From Candidatus Moraniibacteriota bacterium (GTDB lineage Bacteria; Patescibacteriota; Minisyncoccia; Moranbacterales; UBA1568): DNA of 64,000 nt. The notes below the pieces were generated by a model that was not told the DNA's origin, did no database searches, and saw only the letters and a program-made list of their open reading frames with translations. The stretch is taken from positions 3,686-67,685 of the forward strand of contig JBATNG010000034.1 of NCBI GenBank assembly GCA_049290235.1, read 5' to 3'. This document shows, one piece after another, positions 37,582 through 46,054 of this stretch. Made by a program: the position numbers and the translations under genes. Positions within the stretch are counted from its first letter, which is position 1. Each line of letters opens with the position of its first letter.

Positions 37582-39171
37582 ATGTATGACGTCCTTATCA
37601 AGAACGGGACTTTGATTGATGGCTCCGGGGAGCCGATGTTTCAGGGTGACCTGGCTATCCAGGAGGATCGGATTGTCGCCATCGGCAATGTGAATGGTGC
37701 GGCAGAACGCGTCATCGATGCCACGGGCAAGTATGTTACCCCCGGGTTCATCGACGTGAACAATCATTCGGATACGTATTGGCAACTCCTTGCGTTTCCG
37801 GAATTGGAGAGTCTCCTGTACCAAGGAGTGACCACTATTGTTGGAGGAAATTCCGGTTCATCGCTTGCCCCGCTCACACGTGCCGACATCATCCGTTCGA
37901 TCCAGAAGTGGACCGATGTCAGCCGGGTCAATTTCAATTGGCTGACCCTCGAAGAGTTCCTGATGGCCGTGGAGAAGCGTCGGCCGGCAGTGAACTTCAC
38001 GACGCTCGTCGGCCACGGGACGCTGCGGCGCGGAGTGATGAAGGACGAGACACGCCCTATTCATGATACCGAAGTGGAAGTCATGGAGCGGCTCTTGAAG
38101 CAGGCGCTGCGCGAGGGGGCGATCGGTTTTTCGACAGGGCTCCTCTACACCCATGCGCGCGGGGCGCATATGAATGAGATCCTCCGTCTCGTCGAGCTGC
38201 TCCGTGGAGGCAAAGGGGTCTATGCGACGTATGTCCGGGACGAGGGGAAGGGTCTCATCTCGGCGGTGGAGGAAGCGGTGACAGTCGCTCGGAAGTCGAA
38301 GGTGCCGCTCCACATCTCCCACCTCAAGGCAGTCGGAGAAGAGAACTGGCCACTCATGGATGAGGCGTTCAGTCTCATCGAGACGGCCGCTCTCGATCAG
38401 CTTGATATCAGTTTCGATGTTTACCCTTACACGGCAACCGGATCGGTGCTGTATACTTTTCTCCCGACTTGGATCACGGAAAACGGCGCGCGATTGATGA
38501 TCGCTCGCCTCCGCGATGGAGCCGTCCGTGACGCGGTGGTTGCTGAGATGAAGCAGAACGGGATCGATTACTCGTCGATGATTCTCGCCGTTACGAATAT
38601 CGGCAAGATGTTGACTCGTCGCAAAGTGTCCGATATCGCGAACCTGCATGGCAAACCGCCAGAGGAAGTCATCATCGACGTACTCCTCGCAAGTGAAGGC
38701 CGTGCGATCGTCTCACTCGAAACACTCTCGGAGAAAAACGTCCAGAAAGCAATCCGGCATCCGTTTTCGATCGTCAGTTCAAACGGTTCAGGCTATAACC
38801 TCGGGCATGCCGAAACGGGCGAGCATGTTCATCCGCGAAACTTCGGGACGTTTCCTCGTGTCTTTGCCGAGTACGTCCGGCGACAGCAATCGCTCTCGTG
38901 GGAGGAAGCGGTCCACAAGATGACTGGCAAACCGGCCAAAAAATTCAAGTTGACTGGTCGGGGGTTTCTCACCGTGGGCGCCATGGCGGATATCGTTGTC
39001 TTCGACCCGGAGACCATCGCTGATCAGGCGACCATGGAGGAACCATACCAGTACGCGACTGGTGTCGAAGCGTTGCTCGTGAATGGGATTTTGACGATTG
39101 AGAACGGGGTGTATAATGGCAAGCGACCTGGCCATGTCTACCGCAAACCGCATTCCTGGCTGCCTTGGTAG
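37582..39171 (+). CDS. D-aminoacylase-family amidohydrolase (N-acyl-D-amino-acid deacylase-like)
   Basis: 'MYDVLIKNGTLIDGSG...DRIVAIG...VTPGFIDVNNHSD'. The first His of the usual HxH metal motif is replaced (NNH). Confidence 0.7.
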   Translation: MYDVLIKNGTLIDGSGEPMFQGDLAIQEDRIVAIGNVNGAAERVIDATGKYVTPGFIDVNNHSDTYWQLLAFPELESLLYQGVTTIVGGNSGSSLAPLTRADIIRSIQKWTDVSRVNFNWLTLEEFLMAVEKRRPAVNFTTLVGHGTLRRGVMKDETRPIHDTEVEVMERLLKQALREGAIGFSTGLLYTHARGAHMNEILRLVELLRGGKGVYATYVRDEGKGLISAVEEAVTVARKSKVPLHISHLKAVGEENWPLMDEAFSLIETAALDQLDISFDVYPYTATGSVLYTFLPTWITENGARLMIARLRDGAVRDAVVAEMKQNGIDYSSMILAVTNIGKMLTRRKVSDIANLHGKPPEEVIIDVLLASEGRAIVSLETLSEKNVQKAIRHPFSIVSSNGSGYNLGHAETGEHVHPRNFGTFPRVFAEYVRRQQSLSWEEAVHKMTGKPAKKFKLTGRGFLTVGAMADIVVFDPETIADQATMEEPYQYATGVEALLVNGILTIENGVYNGKRPGHVYRKPHSWLPW

Positions 39172-39261
39172 CTGAATGCTGATTTTTTCCAATGGCTGGC
39201 TTCGCTCTCGGCGCTCATTTTCGGAGCACAGTCAGGGTGAATCTACCGGCACTATTTCTGT

Positions 39262-40680
39262 ATGCTGAAACACGACTGGTTCAAGGGGAAACGCATTACG
39301 GTTTTCGGTATTGGCCTCAATCGAGGTGCTTTGGGGACGATCAAATTCCTCATCGAGGCAGGGGCCCGCGAGATCATCGCGACCGATATCAAAACGAAAG
39401 CGGATCTCGAACCGACACTGCGAGAACTCGCGAAGTACAAGAATATCACCTATGTCCTGGGGCAGCATCGGCCCGAGGATTTCACGCACGCTGATATGGT
39501 CGTGAAGAATCCGGTGATTCCTTGGACGAATGAGTACATCAAGCTCGCGCTGACTCATCATGTGCCAGTCGAAATGGACGCGAGCTTGTTCGTCCAGCTG
39601 ACCAAGCGGCCGATGATCGGTGTCACTGGGACCAAGGGCAAGACGACGACCGCCTCGCTCATCGCTCATATCCTGGAACAGTCGGGGAAGGACATCGTCC
39701 GAGCCGGTATCAGTCAGGTCGGTTTCCTGGATGCCTTGGCACGCGTGACGAGTCAGTCGACGATTGTCGCGGAGCTTTCTTCCTGGCGACTTTCCTCATT
39801 TACCCCGCATGCCTATTCACCCTCGGTGGCAGTCGTGACCAATATCTACCCTGACCACTTGAATTATTACAAAAAAATGTCGGCCTATGTCGCCGACAAA
39901 GAAATCATCTTCCGTCACCAAAAGCCGACGGACACGCTCGTCTTGAATCATGACAATGAAGGTGCCCGATCCTTTGCTGCCAAGGCGAAGAGTCAGGTGG
40001 TTTGGTTCTCCGAGCGTGAGCTGACCGAAGGGGAAGGTGTGTTCCTCCGATCGGGCAGTGTGTATGAACGGACGGCCGCCGGTGAACAGGCGCTCTTTCC
40101 TTGGCCCGAGATAGCGCTCCTCGGCGGACACAATCGGAGTAATATCCTCGCGGCGATTGCTGTGGCCCGGACACAAAGCATCGCCCCGGCGACTATCGGT
40201 GCCGCTCTCGTGACGTTCAAAGGCGTACCGCATCGACTGGAGCAAGTCGGAGAGCACTCCGGGGTGCGTTTTTACAATGACTCGGCGGCGACCATGCCAG
40301 AAGCAGCGGTGGCTGGTGTCCGCGCGTTTGATGCCCCGGTGATTCTCATCGCGGGCGGAGCCGACAAGGCCTGCGAATATACAGAACTCGCCCGTGTTTT
40401 CGCGACCGAACCGAAGGCTGTCGTATTGCTGCAGGGGACGGCGACCGAGAAGCTCCTACCGCTCATGGAAAAAGCGGCTCAGGCCGCCGGGAAGTCAGGA
40501 GTCTTGTTCCCGGTGGTTACGAGCATGGAGGATGCACTTCGTGTCGCCATGGAGGAAGCGCAGTCTGGGGACGTGGTACTGCTTTCACCCGGAGTCGCGA
40601 GCTTCGGCCTGTTCCAGAACGAGTTTGATCGGGGGGATCAGTTTCGCTCCGGGGTGAAGCGGCTCTTCGCCACAGGATAA
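39262..40680 (+). CDS. murD: UDP-N-acetylmuramoylalanine--D-glutamate ligase
   Basis: 'IGVTGTKGKTTTASLIAHIL' and the Mur ligase middle and C-terminal domains. Confidence 0.9.
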   Translation: MLKHDWFKGKRITVFGIGLNRGALGTIKFLIEAGAREIIATDIKTKADLEPTLRELAKYKNITYVLGQHRPEDFTHADMVVKNPVIPWTNEYIKLALTHHVPVEMDASLFVQLTKRPMIGVTGTKGKTTTASLIAHILEQSGKDIVRAGISQVGFLDALARVTSQSTIVAELSSWRLSSFTPHAYSPSVAVVTNIYPDHLNYYKKMSAYVADKEIIFRHQKPTDTLVLNHDNEGARSFAAKAKSQVVWFSERELTEGEGVFLRSGSVYERTAAGEQALFPWPEIALLGGHNRSNILAAIAVARTQSIAPATIGAALVTFKGVPHRLEQVGEHSGVRFYNDSAATMPEAAVAGVRAFDAPVILIAGGADKACEYTELARVFATEPKAVVLLQGTATEKLLPLMEKAAQAAGKSGVLFPVVTSMEDALRVAMEEAQSGDVVLLSPGVASFGLFQNEFDRGDQFRSGVKRLFATG

Positions 40681-40733
40681 TTGACAGTCGCGCCGGTGAG
40701 GGGTACGATACCCCCAGAGGGTATATACACTAT

Positions 40734-41015
40734 ATGGCTGCAAACTTGGTGACAAAAAAGAAGCGCGGGAGAGTAAAGCCATCATCCGATGCGATTCTCG
40801 CGCGCATCGCCCGGATTGAGGGACAGCTACGTGGTATCCGCCGCATGGTCGAAGAGAAGGATGAATGTCTCGATATCATCGCCCAGATTTCGGCGATCCG
40901 CGAAGCAGTCGCGATGCTCGGCGTCGAACTACTGAAGGATGATTTTGTTTGTAAGTGGGAGGGGAAGAAGAAAATTGACGAGGCTTACCTGAAGAGCCTG
41001 TTCAAGATGCAGTAG
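40734..41015 (+). CDS. CsoR/RcnR/FrmR-family metal-sensing repressor
   Basis: 'LRGIRRMVEEKDECLDIIAQISAIREAVAMLGVELL' (DUF156 family). Confidence 0.75.
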   Translation: MAANLVTKKKRGRVKPSSDAILARIARIEGQLRGIRRMVEEKDECLDIIAQISAIREAVAMLGVELLKDDFVCKWEGKKKIDEAYLKSLFKMQ

Positions 41016-41101
41016 TCAGTTGGCGAGTTAACAAGTTGATCGGTTGAAAAGTTTTCTCGCTTGCAACCCGTTAACTTTTTAACTTGTGAATTTCAGAAAT
41101 C

Positions 41102-42019
41102 ATGTACGACTGTATTATCGTGGGCGGAGGTCCAGGTGGCGTTGCGGCGGGGGTCTATGCAGCGCGGAAGCAGATGAAGACGCTTTTTATCACCGAAAAC
41201 TTTCTCAGTCAGTCCGTCGTGTCAGCGTCGATCGAAAATTGGATCGGGACGGTGACGATTCCGGGCTGGGAATTCGGTCAGGCGCTCGAGAAGCATTTGC
41301 GTGCCCAAGAAGGACTCGAGATAAAAATCGGCGAACGTGCCACGAGCTTGGCTGGGCTTCCAGCTGGCGGCTACCGGATCACAACCGATAAGGGTGACTA
41401 CGAGACCAAAACCCTCATCATTGCGACTGGTGGTCGGCACCGTCACTTGGATATTCCAGGCGAAGAAAAGTTCAATGGCAAGGGTGTCGTGTACTGTTCG
41501 ACCTGCGATGCGCCGTTCTTTCGCGCAAAGAAAGTCGCTGTCGTCGGGAGTGGCAATTCCGCCCTGGAAGCCGTCGAGGACCTCTTGCCCTATGCAAATG
41601 AGATCGTGCTGGTGGTCCGAGGGAGCGAGTTGAAGGGCGACAAGGTAACGCAAGAAAAAATCCTCGCTTCACCGAAAGTGAGTGTCATCTACAATGGCGT
41701 CACGCAAGCGATTCTCGGCGAGGAGAAAGTCACCGGCCTGCGCTATCAGGATAAGGACACAACCGAATCGAAAGACATCACCCTCGACGGTGTCTTCGTC
41801 GAAATCGGCATGGTGCCGAACACCGAATTTGCAAAGGGTGTACTCGAGCTCAATGAGCGCGGGGAGATCATCCTCGATACGCGCCGGGCGACGACTTCGA
41901 AGCCCGGCATCTTCGCGACCGGGGACGCGACCGATGCACCGTACAAGCAGAACAATATCTCGACTGGCCTCGGTGTCACCGCTGCGCTGGCCGCGTATGA
42001 CTTCGTGAGAAAGGGGTAG
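41102..42019 (+). CDS. trxB: Thioredoxin reductase
   Basis: 'YDCIIVGGGPGG', redox 'CSTCDAPFF', 'VAVVGSGNSALEAVEDL'. The last ~20 codons are duplicated at 42963-43060. Confidence 0.9.
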   Translation: MYDCIIVGGGPGGVAAGVYAARKQMKTLFITENFLSQSVVSASIENWIGTVTIPGWEFGQALEKHLRAQEGLEIKIGERATSLAGLPAGGYRITTDKGDYETKTLIIATGGRHRHLDIPGEEKFNGKGVVYCSTCDAPFFRAKKVAVVGSGNSALEAVEDLLPYANEIVLVVRGSELKGDKVTQEKILASPKVSVIYNGVTQAILGEEKVTGLRYQDKDTTESKDITLDGVFVEIGMVPNTEFAKGVLELNERGEIILDTRRATTSKPGIFATGDATDAPYKQNNISTGLGVTAALAAYDFVRKG

Positions 42020-42076
42020 TAAAGACTTTCAACCATTGAAAAATCACGGTTTTCTGCTAGAATAAGGGGAGAAACG

Positions 42077-42358
42077 ATGTACTCTATGAGTCAGAATGCT
42101 GCTTTGAATTCATTCGTCAAGTCTCGACCGTACCTTGTGTGGTATGTGAAAGACATCGAACAATTGTCCGAATCATCGATCGTCGAGCATACGTTGAACT
42201 ATGGAAATTGGAGGGACGTTCAGGAACTCGTAGCGCTTCTCGGTAGGGAGAAAACAGCCGAAATCTATTCTTCCCAGAGAAAAGGGAAGAGAAATAACTA
42301 CCGACCCACTATTTCTCACTATTTCGATTTGTATTTCTCCCGTCATGCTACATGCTGA
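42077..42358 (+). CDS. Small ORF upstream of and overlapping the AbiEii-like toxin; putative cognate antitoxin
   Basis: 93 aa, 14-nt overlap with the toxin start, low GC. No recognised domain. Confidence 0.35.
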   Translation: MYSMSQNAALNSFVKSRPYLVWYVKDIEQLSESSIVEHTLNYGNWRDVQELVALLGREKTAEIYSSQRKGKRNNYRPTISHYFDLYFSRHATC

Positions 42359-42962
42359 AATCCTTTCAGAAGGACAGAGAGCGCTGTTGCCGCTGTTGCG
42401 GAAGCTCCATGATAGTTTCGGTTTAGTCGGTGGTACGGCTATCGCGCTCCATATCGGCCATCGCGAATCCGTTGACTTCGACCTGTTCACCACTGAACCG
42501 CTTCGCACCGACATGCTCCGAAGTGCCATCGTGTCTTTCGGGAAAAATATCCGTACGCTCGTCGATGAATCAGACGAGTACACGACGCTTGTCGATGGGG
42601 TGAAACTCACATTCTTGCGGTATCCTTTCCCGCTCGACTACCCCGTCGAATGGGACGGTATCGCAAGGCTTCCGGATCTTCTCACGCTTTCGGCGATGAA
42701 GGCCTACGCGCTTGGACGGCGAGCCAAGTGGAAGGACTATGTCGATCTCTGTTTTGTTATGGAAACAGGGCATTCATTACGCGATATCGCGCAGAGAGCC
42801 GAGAGTATCTTCGGCGACGAGTTCAATGAGAAGAATTTCCGTTCGCAACTTTCGTACTTCGACGATGTCGATTATTCTGAGGCGGTCATCTACCGTCCCG
42901 GCTTCGAGCGAAGCGATGAGGATATGCGGACGAAACTGACCGAGTTCAGTCTGGGTGAATAG
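42345..42962 (+). CDS. AbiEii/AbiGii-family (DUF1814) nucleotidyltransferase toxin
   Basis: N-terminal 'FGLVGGTAIALHIGHRESVDFDLF' is the DUF1814 NTase signature (GG[ST]AL...R.S.D[IL]D). Confidence 0.65.
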   Translation: MLHAEILSEGQRALLPLLRKLHDSFGLVGGTAIALHIGHRESVDFDLFTTEPLRTDMLRSAIVSFGKNIRTLVDESDEYTTLVDGVKLTFLRYPFPLDYPVEWDGIARLPDLLTLSAMKAYALGRRAKWKDYVDLCFVMETGHSLRDIAQRAESIFGDEFNEKNFRSQLSYFDDVDYSEAVIYRPGFERSDEDMRTKLTEFSLGE

Positions 42963-43060
42963 CGACCCGCGCCGTACAAGCAGAACAATATCTCGGCTGG
43001 CCTCGGCGTCACCGCTGCGCTGGCGGCGTATGACTTCATCCGCAAAGGCGGCACACACTA
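42963..43060 (+). pseudogene. Displaced trxB 3'-terminal fragment (native-codon-usage copy)
   Basis: Translates to RPAPYKQNNISAGLGVTAALAAYDFIRKGGTH*. Followed by a strong terminator. Confidence 0.7.
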
Positions 43061-43093
43061 GCTGGATAGCGAGTAGATGTGTAGCTCGTAGTA

Positions 43094-43117
43094 AGAGGCT
43101 CTAGATAGCCTCTTTTT
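43094..43117 (+). terminator. Rho-independent terminator (original trxB terminator)
   Basis: agaggct-ctagat-agcctct followed by TTTT. Confidence 0.5.
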
Positions 43118-43323
43118 CGCGCTCGAATACATTACCCTAGACAGAAACAGGAAAAAGGTGTATAATGGATTGTTCGTTAAAAATCCTGATTTTTGCCAGA
43201 GCAGCCAGCGCTTCTTCGTCCTTCGATACCAACATAGGACAGAAAAGAAGACTTTGCTGCTCTGGCAAACTCACGTTGTGAGAGCCTTGAGCACGGTGAA
43301 AACCTATCATAGGAGAAAGCACC

Positions 43324-43893
43324 ATGTCTCAAATCGCAGAATTCCACGCCGCCATCCTGCAAAACCTCCCGGATCTCACTTCGCAAGAAATGCAGGAATG
43401 GATTGGACCGCGCCGTGCGACCTTACAGGCGGCGTTGGCACGGGTGTTGGCTGGGTACCGCCAAATTGCCCTTGATTACCGCCTCACACTCGAGCAGATG
43501 ATCGCCCTCGGTTGCTACGACAGGAAGAACAGCGACATTACGGCCGAACGCTTCCCTTTGGTGGGCAGCGGCGTGGCTGAGCTCGAGACGAAGCCATTTC
43601 ACTTCAACAAGCGTGTCTCGTCGGAGTCAGCAATCCAGCTGATCGCGGCCGCCGACCCGGTACGTCCTTGGCAAGTAGCCAAGATCGAGCACGGGCTCCG
43701 CTATGGGGCCGCCTATCCAGAGGAACAGCGCCAGTTCCCGATCGTGATGCTCGGTTCTTCCTGCCAGGTGTACGGCAGTCGCTGCGTGTCAGTTCTCTGC
43801 ACGGATGTCTCCGAGCGGGACCTGGACCTCGACTTCTGGGACGGTGAGTGGTTTGCCCGCTGCCGTTTCCTGGCCGTTCGCCCGGTGCTCTGA
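43324..43893 (+). CDS. DGR target (variable) protein, 189 aa; the VR encodes the C-terminal ~40 residues
   Basis: Good RBS (aggaga). The C-terminus '...GSRCVSVLCTDVSERDLDLDFWDGEWFARCRFLAVR' is encoded by the VR. Confidence 0.8.
   Translation: MSQIAEFHAAILQNLPDLTSQEMQEWIGPRRATLQAALARVLAGYRQIALDYRLTLEQMIALGCYDRKNSDITAERFPLVGSGVAELETKPFHFNKRVSSESAIQLIAAADPVRPWQVAKIEHGLRYGAAYPEEQRQFPIVMLGSSCQVYGSRCVSVLCTDVSERDLDLDFWDGEWFARCRFLAVRPVL
43755..43881 (+). repeat. DGR variable repeat (VR)
   Basis: 127-bp ungapped alignment to TR 44231-44357 with 18 mismatches, all where TR has A (VR has G or T). The last 22 nt, ctgccgtttcctggccgttcgc, are identical (IMH-like). Confidence 0.85.
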
Positions 43894-43935
43894 ACCTGGA
43901 GCCTTTGGGACAGCACTCTGTTCCTTTGGCCCTTC

Positions 43936-43972
43936 CCGCCGTATGCATGCATACGGCGGTCTTCTTTTTTCT
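43936..43972 (+). terminator. Perfect 24-nt palindromic hairpin plus T-run downstream of the VR
   Basis: ccgccgtatgca|tgcatacggcgg followed by tcttcttttttctg. Confidence 0.5.
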
Positions 43973-44230
43973 GATACAGTAGAGATGACAAATGAAAAAT
44001 CCATGGTTACGGCTGTGGGTAATTTGTCCGCATGCTGCAGAGTGAGAGTCGGGACGGCTACGGCTTTCTCGAGTGCGCTCGGCGGAATGTTCTCAAAAAC
44101 AGAGACAAGTTGGTGTGAGGTGCTCGGTAACAGATAAGGTTACGAATACGATACAGCCCTGAGAATTTTCCTCTGCTTTTCGGTGGGTGTATGGATCAAG
44201 GGGCGGTGGTACGGATGGTACCCTACACAT

Positions 44231-44357
44231 TTCTTCCTGCCAGATGAACGGCAATCGCTACGTGTCAGTTCTCAACACGAATGACTCCAAGCGGAACCTG
44301 AACCTCAACAACTGGGACGATGAGTGGAATGCCCACTGCCGTTTCCTGGCCGTTCGC
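44231..44357 (+). repeat. DGR template repeat (TR)
   Basis: The counterpart of the VR. The ORF predicted over it (44187-44387), Asn-rich with AAY codons, is not a gene. Confidence 0.85.
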
Positions 44358-44776
44358 TACTCTTCCTGTTTCTCCTGGTATGTGTGACCAGGAGTTTTGT
44401 TTATGAGTTGGCGCCTCCATCCGCCGAGCATCCGACCAATCTCCCCAAGTTGTTCGGCGAGGTAAGCGTACTTGCCATTATCGAGCGCTCGGGTATCCCA
44501 AGCGAGCTGTAATAGGAGTTTCAAAAGGTCAACCCGCGAGATGGCCCTGTTGATGAGGAGTTGCTTTTCGGTTGTTTGTGAGTAGCTCGCCAGGAAACAA
44601 TACTCGATAGTGAGGAGAAATATATCATCAATCTTCGATCCTATGGTGAAGCGCCGGGCTTTCGGAAAGTGGACGAGATATTCCTGCCAAATACCGTACG
44701 CGTCTTTGAGCTTGAGTACTACGGGGATGAGCTTTGGTTGCAGAAGGTTCGGGGGGGGGGTATTCTGTGAGGGCAT
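44357..44776 (-). CDS. avd: Avd-like accessory variability determinant (four-helix-bundle)
   Basis: C-terminal ~120 aa 'LKDAYGIWQEYLVHFPKARRFTIGSKIDDIFL...AISRVDLLKLLLQLAWD...EIGRMLGGW' match the Avd/PF05635 pattern. Start uncertain (M111 or M117 of the long ORF). Contains a C10/G10 tract encoding PPP. Confidence 0.65.
   Translation of the reverse strand: MPSQNTPPPNLLQPKLIPVVLKLKDAYGIWQEYLVHFPKARRFTIGSKIDDIFLLTIEYCFLASYSQTTEKQLLINRAISRVDLLKLLLQLAWDTRALDNGKYAYLAEQLGEIGRMLGGWRRQLINKTPGHTYQEKQEE
44751..44760 (+). repeat. G10 homopolymer at the avd 5' end, 20 nt upstream of the RT start codon
   Basis: Ten G at 44751-44760. Confidence 0.9.
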
Positions 44777-44779
44777 ACA

Positions 44780-45781
44780 ATGAAAAAACTCCATAACGCT
44801 TATCAGAATATCATCTCTGTCGAAAATTTGCTCGATGCGTGGCGAGAATTTGTGAGGGGGAAGAAAAAGAAGTGCGATGTGCAGGCGTTTCAGTATGCGC
44901 TCACTGATAATATTCTTGCACTTCATGCTGATTTGAAAAGCAAGGCCTATGTCCATGGTGGTTACGAGGCCTTTAAGGTCTCTGATCCGAAACCCCGCCA
45001 TATTCACAAAGCCTCCGTCCGCGACCGGATCCTCCATCACGCCTTGTATCGTGTCCTCTATCCGTACTTCGACCGGGCCTTCATCGCTGACTCGTACTCT
45101 TGTCGGATTGGGAAGGGAGTACACCGATCCCTCAATCGTTTTCGATCATTTGGCCGGAAAGTATCGAACAATCACACTCGAACGGTCTGGATACTCAAGT
45201 GTGATGTCAGAAAGTGCTTTGCTTCGGTCGATCAGGACGTTCTCATGAACATCCTCAAAAAACACATTGCTGATCCGGATACACTCTGGCTGCTGGAAAG
45301 AGTCATTACTAGCTTTGATTCAGGAACACCTGGCCGAGGGCTTCCTCTTGGCAATTTGACTTCGCAACTCCTCATCAATATCTATCTGAATGAGCTCGAC
45401 CAGTTTGTGAAACAGCAACTGAAAGCGAAGTACTATATCCGGTATGCAGATGATTTCGTCGTTTTTTCCAAAAATAAAGACGAGTTGAAAAATATACTCA
45501 TTCTGATGGATGTGTTTCTCAGACTCAATCTCTGCTTCGAACTTCATCCGGACAAAGTGTTCATCAAAACCATCGCAAGCGGTGTGGACTTCCTCGGCTG
45601 GGTGCATTTCCCTGATCACCGTGTCTTGCGGACGACGACCAAGCGAAGGATGTTTCGGAGATTGAGTGAGAAGAATATCGAGTCGTATCTCGGATTGCTT
45701 TCGCATGGGAATGGGTTGAGGTACGAGATAGAGAGAATAGCTTTGACAGAGGGGGTAAAACCTGCTATACTGGGAGAGTAA
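44780..45781 (+). CDS. DGR reverse transcriptase
   Basis: RT domains with 'LPLGNLTSQLLINIYLNELD' (the DGR-type [ILV]GxxxSQ motif) and the catalytic 'YIRYADDFVVF'. 333 aa, typical DGR RT size. Confidence 0.9.
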   Translation: MKKLHNAYQNIISVENLLDAWREFVRGKKKKCDVQAFQYALTDNILALHADLKSKAYVHGGYEAFKVSDPKPRHIHKASVRDRILHHALYRVLYPYFDRAFIADSYSCRIGKGVHRSLNRFRSFGRKVSNNHTRTVWILKCDVRKCFASVDQDVLMNILKKHIADPDTLWLLERVITSFDSGTPGRGLPLGNLTSQLLINIYLNELDQFVKQQLKAKYYIRYADDFVVFSKNKDELKNILILMDVFLRLNLCFELHPDKVFIKTIASGVDFLGWVHFPDHRVLRTTTKRRMFRRLSEKNIESYLGLLSHGNGLRYEIERIALTEGVKPAILGE

Positions 45782-45791
45782 AAGAAGTAAG

Positions 45792-45820
45792 AAACGGGTG
45801 AAAGCCCCGTTTTCTTTTTT
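45792..45820 (+). terminator. Rho-independent terminator after the RT
   Basis: aacggg-tgaaag-ccccgtt followed by TTCTTTTTTT. Confidence 0.5.
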
Positions 45821-46054
45821 TACATCGTTCTTGTGCCAAAATAAAATAAACACAAAAAGAAAAGCGCGAAAACGCTTTCAACCAATTTTGGAACAGGTGT
45901 CCCTGTCCCACGCGGCAGCACTAATAGAGGCCTGCCGCCCACATCAATGATTCCGCTCTCGGCTCCGGCTGATGGGCGGATTATCATTTCTGGCCCAGAA
46001 AATAGGCCTTTTCCCGCCTTGAAAGAAGCCCTCGTTCGAGCTATACTCGGGGTT

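Larger units (their letters stand above)
42020..43060 (+). mobile_element. Low-GC TA cassette inserted at the trxB 3' end, bounded by the functional trxB tail (left) and a displaced duplicate trxB tail (right)
   Basis: 41969-42019 and 42972-43040 are about 95% identical direct repeats encoding PYKQNNIS[TA]GLGVTAALAAYDF. The cassette GC is visibly lower than its flanks. Confidence 0.5.
43324..45781 (+). other. Diversity-generating retroelement (DGR): target gene/VR, TR, avd (antisense), RT
   Basis: See the component features. VR/TR differ only at TR adenines. The RT carries DGR-type motifs. Confidence 0.85.

Noticed and set aside
43604-44137. Several overlapping ORFs (43604-43948 -, 43713-43991 -, 43805-44137 +) between VR and TR
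   Set aside because: They overlap the VR, the post-VR hairpin and the TR upstream region. They are Arg/Ser/Pro low-complexity with no start context, so composition artefacts.
44187-44387. 66-aa Asn-rich ORF (MYGSRGGG...NTNDSKRNLNLNNWDDEWNAH...)
   Set aside because: It coincides exactly with the DGR template repeat. Its similarity to the C-terminus of 43324-43893 is the TR/VR relationship, not a gene duplication. TR AAY codons give the Asn richness.
45800-45946. Possible gene or RNA between the RT and murA
   Set aside because: It contains only the RT terminator and an AT-rich spacer ('aaaataaaataaacacaaaaagaaaagcgcgaaaacgc'). The 45944-47125 antisense ORF is spurious.
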